Source: Candidatus Moraniibacteriota bacterium
GTDB lineage: Bacteria > Patescibacteriota > Minisyncoccia > Moranbacterales > GCA-2747515
Length of the DNA: 64,000 bases
Assembly: GCA_046116545.1 (NCBI GenBank)
Contig: CP175956.1
Span: forward strand, 577,734 to 641,733
Direction of reading: 5' to 3'
The number at the start of each line of letters is the position of its first letter. The first letter of the stretch is position 1. The notes below the pieces were generated by a model. It worked only from the letters and a program-made list of their open reading frames with translations. It was not told where the DNA came from and did no database searches. Of this stretch, positions 58,585 through 64,000 are shown piece after piece. The translations under genes were made by a program, and so were the position numbers.

Positions 58585-60723
58585 ATGCAAAAACTTTTGA
58601 AAAAACATTTTGGACATGAAGATTTTCGTAGCGTACAAAAAGATGTGATTGATCATTTTGTAGCAGGAAATGATGTGGCAGTTATTATGCCTACTGGTGG
58701 TGGTAAGTCACTTTGTTTTCAGCTACCTGCTGTTATGCGTGACGGAGTTACTATTGTTATATCTCCACTTATTTCACTTATGAAAGATCAGGTGGATGCA
58801 CTAAATGCAAATGGTATAGCAGCGACGATGCTTAATTCATCTGTATCACATGAAGAGCTAGACCAGAGAATGCAACTAGCACAAATGGGAGGATATAAAC
58901 TCATATATCTCGCACCAGAGAGACTTTCAAATGATTATATACAAAACTGGCTAGGCAAGATAAACATCACAGCGCTTGCAGTTGATGAGGCTCATTGTAT
59001 TTCACAATGGGGACATGATTTTCGACCAGACTATAGAAATCTAAAGCTATTTCGCCAGAGATTTCCACAAGTCCCTATTATAGCTTTAACAGCGAGTGCA
59101 ACTGAGCGTGTGAGAGAAGATATTGTCAAAGAGTTAGCACTTACAAATCATAAGGTTTTTGTATCTGGATTTTATCGTGAAAACTTAAATATTACAGTAA
59201 TGCCAAAGTCTGGTGCAAATGACAAAATTTTGCATTTTGTAGAAAAATATAAAAATGAATCAGCAATTATATATTGTTTTTCTCGCAAAGAAACAGAAGA
59301 ACTTGCAGAAGTATTAAGAGAGGAAGGCATAAATGCAGGAGCTTATCATGCAGGGCTTACACAAGAAAAAAGAACTGAAGTGCAAGATGCATTTGTGCGA
59401 GATGATATAAATGTAGTGGTGGCTACAATTGCTTTTGGTATGGGGATAGATAAGCCTGATGTACGATTGGTGATGCATAAGACGTTTCCAAAAACTATCG
59501 AAGGATACTATCAAGAGATTGGGAGAGCTGGTCGTGATGGTTTACCAAGTGAATGCGTGATGCTCTTTTCTGCTGGAGATAAGATGAAATTAGATTATTT
59601 TCTCAGACAGATGGATGAGGCTAGGCGACAAAGTGAAGAAAAGAAGATTAGAGAGGTGATAGATTATGCAGAATCTAGAATTTGTCGTTGGCAATGGCTT
59701 ACTAGTTATTTTGGACAAGGTGGACTCCCAGCTTGTGGTACTTGTGATGTATGTACATCAAATGACGAAACAGAAGATGTGACAGAACTAGTACAAAAAA
59801 TTCTATCCGCAGTAGTAAGAACAGGGAATACTTTTGGCAAAGGTCATGTTGTAAAAGTGCTAAGGGGTTCACGAGATAAAAACGTACTTAGTAGGGGGCA
59901 TGAAGAGTTAACTGTGTGGGGAATTGCAAAAGAATATTCCACAGCAGAACTCATGGAGGTAATGACACATCTAGTAGCTCGAGGATTGATGGTACGGAAT
60001 ACTGGAGAATATGAAACATACAGAGTATCACAAGTAGGTGCAGATTTTTTGAATAATAGAGAATCAATAGAATTACCAAAGATAAAGAAAGAATATAAAT
60101 ATATTAGTTCAAATAGTCAAAAGCAAGAACTTGATTATAACAAGGAAATATTTGAAGCGCTTAGGGAATTAAGAAAAGAAATTGCAGATGATGTAGGTGT
60201 ACCAGCATTTGTGATTTTTGGGGATGTTTCACTGCAGGAGATGGCATATTATTTACCAACATCAAGAATTGCATTTTCAAATATATCAGGAGTAGGAGCT
60301 CAAAAATTGGAAAAATATTCAGAAACATTTACAGAATTTATAAGTGAACTAAAACAAGAAAAAGGACTAGAAAGCAAAGAACATAAAAAAAATAGAAAAC
60401 CAAAAAAATCAAAAGGAAATACATCCTCAGCAAAGCAACTACGATTGAATAGAACAAAAGAAATGCTGGAAGATAAATTATCAATGGAAGAAATGTCTGA
60501 AGAATTACAATTAGCACAAAGAACTATTATAAATTATATAGAAGAAATAGCAGAAAAAAATGATGTAGATGTAGAATATTTACTACCAAACAAAAAAGTA
60601 CAAAAAGAAATTAAAGAAGCATTCAAAAAACATGGCAATGATGCGCTTAGACCAATATTTGACCATTGTAATGAAAAATATAGTTATGATGAGATAAAGT
60701 TGGTTCAAATTGCAGATTTGTAA
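58585..60723 (+). CDS. recQ: DNA helicase RecQ (with RQC, HRDC and HTH domains)
   Basis: MPTGGGKSLCFQ, VDEAHCISQWGHDFRPDY, AFGMGIDKPD, QEIGRAGRDG; ATG 58585 preferred. Confidence 0.96.
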   Translation: MQKLLKKHFGHEDFRSVQKDVIDHFVAGNDVAVIMPTGGGKSLCFQLPAVMRDGVTIVISPLISLMKDQVDALNANGIAATMLNSSVSHEELDQRMQLAQMGGYKLIYLAPERLSNDYIQNWLGKINITALAVDEAHCISQWGHDFRPDYRNLKLFRQRFPQVPIIALTASATERVREDIVKELALTNHKVFVSGFYRENLNITVMPKSGANDKILHFVEKYKNESAIIYCFSRKETEELAEVLREEGINAGAYHAGLTQEKRTEVQDAFVRDDINVVVATIAFGMGIDKPDVRLVMHKTFPKTIEGYYQEIGRAGRDGLPSECVMLFSAGDKMKLDYFLRQMDEARRQSEEKKIREVIDYAESRICRWQWLTSYFGQGGLPACGTCDVCTSNDETEDVTELVQKILSAVVRTGNTFGKGHVVKVLRGSRDKNVLSRGHEELTVWGIAKEYSTAELMEVMTHLVARGLMVRNTGEYETYRVSQVGADFLNNRESIELPKIKKEYKYISSNSQKQELDYNKEIFEALRELRKEIADDVGVPAFVIFGDVSLQEMAYYLPTSRIAFSNISGVGAQKLEKYSETFTEFISELKQEKGLESKEHKKNRKPKKSKGNTSSAKQLRLNRTKEMLEDKLSMEEMSEELQLAQRTIINYIEEIAEKNDVDVEYLLPNKKVQKEIKEAFKKHGNDALRPIFDHCNEKYSYDEIKLVQIADL

Positions 60724-60727
60724 TAGG

Positions 60728-60757
60728 TTGGCCCTATGGGAGGAAGTTTGAACTTTT
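60728..60757 (+). repeat. Array-B repeat copy 1
   Basis: TTGGCCCTATGGGAGGAAGTTTGAACTTTT, 4 nt after the recQ stop. Confidence 0.9.
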
Positions 60758-60828
60758 TTATGTAATGAATAGGATATTATGGCAAATTTTGATATAATTG
60801 GGGCATATAAATAATAACTTAATTATAT

Positions 60829-61173
60829 ATGAAACTTGATTCAGCTGTTTTTTATTCAAATAATCTTAATGTCACAATTCCTTTTTATAGAGATGTTTTA
60901 GGTTTGGATGTTAATTATATTCAAGAAAATAGATTTGCATCTTTTAATTTTGAGAATGGAAAAATTGGAATTAAGCAGAAAAAAGAAGATAGAGAAATTC
61001 CAGGACATCAAACAGTTTTTGTAGAAGTAGATAATATAGAAGAGGTATATAAAAAATTTCAAGAAAGAGGTATCATTTTTTTGAAAAAACTTACTAGGGA
61101 AGATTGGGCTATCAACTTTAGTTTGTTAGATCCAGACAAAAACAAAATTCAATTTATTTCAAATCAAATATAA
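60829..61173 (+). CDS. VOC/glyoxalase family protein
   Basis: FYRDVLGL, FVEVDNIEE, W...F...DPDKN. Confidence 0.9.
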   Translation: MKLDSAVFYSNNLNVTIPFYRDVLGLDVNYIQENRFASFNFENGKIGIKQKKEDREIPGHQTVFVEVDNIEEVYKKFQERGIIFLKKLTREDWAINFSLLDPDKNKIQFISNQI

Positions 61174-61176
61174 AAT

Positions 61177-61205
61177 CAAAACCACCTTGCAAAGAGGTGG
61201 TTTTT
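61177..61205 (+). terminator. Intrinsic terminator
   Basis: AAAACCACCT/AGGTGGTTTT stem. Confidence 0.8.
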
Positions 61206-61217
61206 GTAAATAATCAG

Positions 61218-61243
61218 TTAGTCCTATGGGATGAGGTTCGAAC
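61218..61243 (+). repeat. Array-B repeat copy 2
   Basis: TTAGTCCTATGGGATGAGGTTCGAAC. Confidence 0.9.
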
Positions 61244-61352
61244 GGTTTTATTGTAATAAATATACAATTTATTTTTTTAGTATGAAAAAGCGATAGCTGA
61301 CTATTATGTCAGCTATCGCTTGGGGGTTCATTTTTTTGCTTAAGTTCTTACT

Positions 61353-62483
61353 TTAAGCAAAAATCTCTCTTCGTGCAGAATCAAAAATACCAAATTCTTC
61401 AAGTAATGCTATCTTCAGATGAGATGGAGCATGCTCAAATATAACATCTTCTTCAGTTAGGGCATCAGGCAAAACTTGAAGCATTAAACCTGTATATCCT
61501 TCAGCAACTTCTGCATCGTCTGATTTTGACAATTTTAAGATGTATTCAAGGTGGTTTCCTATTTGTGTAGGATTGTACTCTTGCAATACCTTCAATACCA
61601 ATTGCGCAGAAACATGTTTAGTCTGCTTGAGTTCGTGGTTATAACAAGTCGTCTCTTCATCCTCTAACTTTTCAATAGATAGTAGGTAGTTCAGATTTGA
61701 TTCCAAATCTCTTGTGTGTATCTCCATCAGGAGTGTCTTAATTCTTTTTTCATTGGCATCATCTGAAGCTCCTCCGATAAGATAACACTCAAAAAGATAC
61801 TTAATATGATCAGCCAAGTTCTCTTTCGGGAAGACATCTGACATTAGCACTTGTAAAACTAACCTTATAGAAGTCCTCTGTGCTATTGTGTCATATTCAT
61901 TTTTGCGAGCAACCAATTCATCAAACTGCGCAATAATATACCCTGAGGGTACTTTATTTATCAATTTCACAGTTATAGCTTGATGCTCACGTTGTTCACC
62001 ATCAAGCCATTGACAAGTAATAAGGTCCTGTAAGATATCACCAAGTTCCTCCGGAGAGAAATCAGCAACAGCCTTCAAGTAAGCTTTACCTAAGTGAGAC
62101 TCAAAATATTGATGCTCCCCAATATCATATCTCCAATACTTTGTAAGCAATGTTAAATCATCCTTAGTAAACATTTTGGCTGGTATTTTTTGAACCCACC
62201 AAAACAATTTATTTGCAAGTAAGTCAGGTAGCGCGTAGTATAGCTCTTCTCCAGAGACGTAGCCATCCAGTAATATTTTTGATAATTTGTTAACAGAAGG
62301 GTCTTCAGATTTCATACCACCTATAAGTGTCTTGATACATTCGATGTTGTTAACCTCAAATTTTAAAGATAACTTATTTTCTGGTGTCAGCGTTTCCAAA
62401 ATATGACTAACAACCATTGCGCCTTTTTCACCTTCTGCATTTTTTGCAAATAACTTTTTGACAATACTCATTTCACCCTCCAT
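61353..62483 (-). CDS. Hypothetical alpha-helical protein
   Basis: 376-aa Leu-rich ORF; hairpin terminator at about 61287-61322. Confidence 0.75.
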   Translation of the reverse strand: MEGEMSIVKKLFAKNAEGEKGAMVVSHILETLTPENKLSLKFEVNNIECIKTLIGGMKSEDPSVNKLSKILLDGYVSGEELYYALPDLLANKLFWWVQKIPAKMFTKDDLTLLTKYWRYDIGEHQYFESHLGKAYLKAVADFSPEELGDILQDLITCQWLDGEQREHQAITVKLINKVPSGYIIAQFDELVARKNEYDTIAQRTSIRLVLQVLMSDVFPKENLADHIKYLFECYLIGGASDDANEKRIKTLLMEIHTRDLESNLNYLLSIEKLEDEETTCYNHELKQTKHVSAQLVLKVLQEYNPTQIGNHLEYILKLSKSDDAEVAEGYTGLMLQVLPDALTEEDVIFEHAPSHLKIALLEEFGIFDSARREIFA

Positions 62484-62717
62484 GAAGTTTTGTTATTCTT
62501 CCATTTAGTGGTGGAAGAAATTTGTTTTTTTATGAGACAGCTTTTGTTGCCTATTTTTAAAAGAACTATTCAATTATGAATAGTTCTTTAGGTTATAACA
62601 GGAACTGGTTTGTGTCAATTCAAGGTTCAGGAATCATAATTTCTGAAAGCATATTATATCTGGTAGATTTATTTGAGACTACCGGGTTTTTAAATTTTAA
62701 AAACACAAAAAATCGAA

Positions 62718-62747
62718 TTGGCCCTATGGGATGAGGTTCGAACACTT
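62718..62747 (+). repeat. Array-B repeat copy 3
   Basis: TTGGCCCTATGGGATGAGGTTCGAACACTT. Confidence 0.92.
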
Positions 62748-62946
62748 TTAAATTCAGTTTTGAAGTAGAGAATAAGTAGTAAAGGTTGTTAACAAAGGTT
62801 TCATCAAAAGATTTGGATTAGAATTTAAGTCATATGAGTTGACAAGTTGATGAATTTGTGACATAGTTAGATGTTGATTAAAATCAACTATTATGTGTAA
62901 TTTATACATGATAAAATTAGGAATTCTTTAATAATTGGGAGATATT

Positions 62947-63720
62947 ATGAAAAAGACATTGTTAAATGTATTAACTTTGTGTTTGTGTGGTTTGTTGTTG
63001 GCTGGATGTTCTGACGATTCTGTTGATTCTGATACCATTGGTTATCAGAGACCGCCAACTAAACAATTGGTACAATTCTTGGATGACATGGATCAATGGA
63101 TTGAGAATCAACCTGAAGACATTTCTTCAGAACAGTTCTTAGTGGAGGTTTACAGAATTTGGCCTGATATCGACCAGGAAATTTTGCAAAACTTGCGTGC
63201 CGAAAAGGTGATTGCTGAGGGCGAGTTACCTCGCATAGAATATCATTTTTTCAAAGATGGTAAATGCGATATGCAAGATGAAGACGGCGCTTATGTGCCC
63301 GTGCGTTTAGTGAGAGCAAATAAATTTGCTTTGAGACTTATACGTGAGGGTGTTGAAGATTCTTGGATTAGTTTGGCATGTCTGAATGGTATGCTAAATC
63401 TTGATAGAGAATCGGATGTAAATGCTATTGCTAGAATGGAGTTTGAGATTGGACCTGGTAAAGGACTATCTTACTACACTCAGGACAATTTACTCAGCAT
63501 TAGAATAGCTGAAGTATTTGGTCTTTGGTTATTTGAAGGCAAGGGCTACAATAAGCGGATTACGCCAGAAAAAGCTAGAGACATCGTAACTGCTGTTAAG
63601 CAAGTAACGGTTAAAGTGAAAACTGGCTGGAAATTTCGTATCAACGGCATAGATGATATGCAAATTTTTCTTCCACAGGAAGATTGGATGAGTCCTGAGG
63701 AATTTAAACAAAAACATTAA
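62947..63720 (+). CDS. Lipoprotein of unknown function
   Basis: Lipobox LLAGC; GGAG RBS before ATG 62947. Confidence 0.8.
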   Translation: MKKTLLNVLTLCLCGLLLAGCSDDSVDSDTIGYQRPPTKQLVQFLDDMDQWIENQPEDISSEQFLVEVYRIWPDIDQEILQNLRAEKVIAEGELPRIEYHFFKDGKCDMQDEDGAYVPVRLVRANKFALRLIREGVEDSWISLACLNGMLNLDRESDVNAIARMEFEIGPGKGLSYYTQDNLLSIRIAEVFGLWLFEGKGYNKRITPEKARDIVTAVKQVTVKVKTGWKFRINGIDDMQIFLPQEDWMSPEEFKQKH

Positions 63721-63790
63721 TTGCAGGAAATCTGCGAAAAGCAATTCACTCAAATGAGAGAATTGCTTTTTAATTTGTCAAAATATAGAG

Positions 63791-63820
63791 TTGGCCCTAT
63801 GGGAGGAAGTTCGAACACTT
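63791..63820 (+). repeat. Array-B repeat copy 4
   Basis: TTGGCCCTATGGGAGGAAGTTCGAACACTT. Confidence 0.92.
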
Positions 63821-63908
63821 CTATTGCAATAGTAATGGATATTTGATAGTATTTAGTATCGTTTATTTAACATATTGATAAGTCATCATTCAAAATAAGG
63901 AGTAGAGA

Positions 63909-64000
63909 ATGAAAAATATTAACCCAAAGGTGTTTTGGAGTGCTTTTCTATTCATAGGCTCCATTATCGGTGGACTAGTATTTGTTATGGTCGGTGTAGT
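63909..64000 (+). CDS. Membrane protein, 3'-truncated by the window edge
   Basis: AAGGAG RBS, MKNINPKVFWSAFLFIGSIIGGLVFVMVGV. Confidence 0.6.
   Translation, partial: MKNINPKVFWSAFLFIGSIIGGLVFVMVGV

Noticed and set aside
58519-60723. RecQ overlapping the RT as the retron effector
   Set aside because: The overlap depends on an unlikely upstream ATG; the probable start is 58585 after a terminator, and the protein is a canonical RecQ.
869-63753. Many 60-200 aa antisense or alternate-frame ORFs in the ORF track
   Set aside because: They lie inside well-supported genes and lack motifs or RBS; shadow ORFs.
1-64000. Alternative genetic code 25 (TGA=Gly)
   Set aside because: Conserved genes are full length under code 11 and several (e.g. 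mrdA) end in TGA.

Overview
AT-rich bacterial chromosome segment read in genetic code 11 (TGA acts as stop). Gene content and the many orphan membrane or secreted proteins suggest a Patescibacteria/CPR (Parcubacteria-like) organism; this is an inference. The centre carries core genes: xth, trmB, engB, O-antigen ligase, L,D-transpeptidase, comF, clpC, efp-rpsR-ssb-rpsF, a MacAB-like ABC exporter cluster, lepA, mreBCD-mrdA and recQ, plus two large repeat-rich surface proteins. Three non-standard structures stand out. (1) Two integron-like arrays (about 0.5-13.4 kb and 60.7-64 kb) in which accessory genes are separated by related repeats with a GTTCGAAC core. These repeats also carry a short reading frame (D/E-V-R-T motif) that varies mostly at synonymous sites, and no recombinase is visible in the window. 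(2) An apparently stand-alone retron at 57.2-58.5 kb: promoter, structured msr/msd-like RNA, a terminator overlapping the a1 arm, then the RT, with no obvious effector. (3) A 123-bp MITE-like element inside the ABC operon. All calls come from manual motif reading; no database searches were run.
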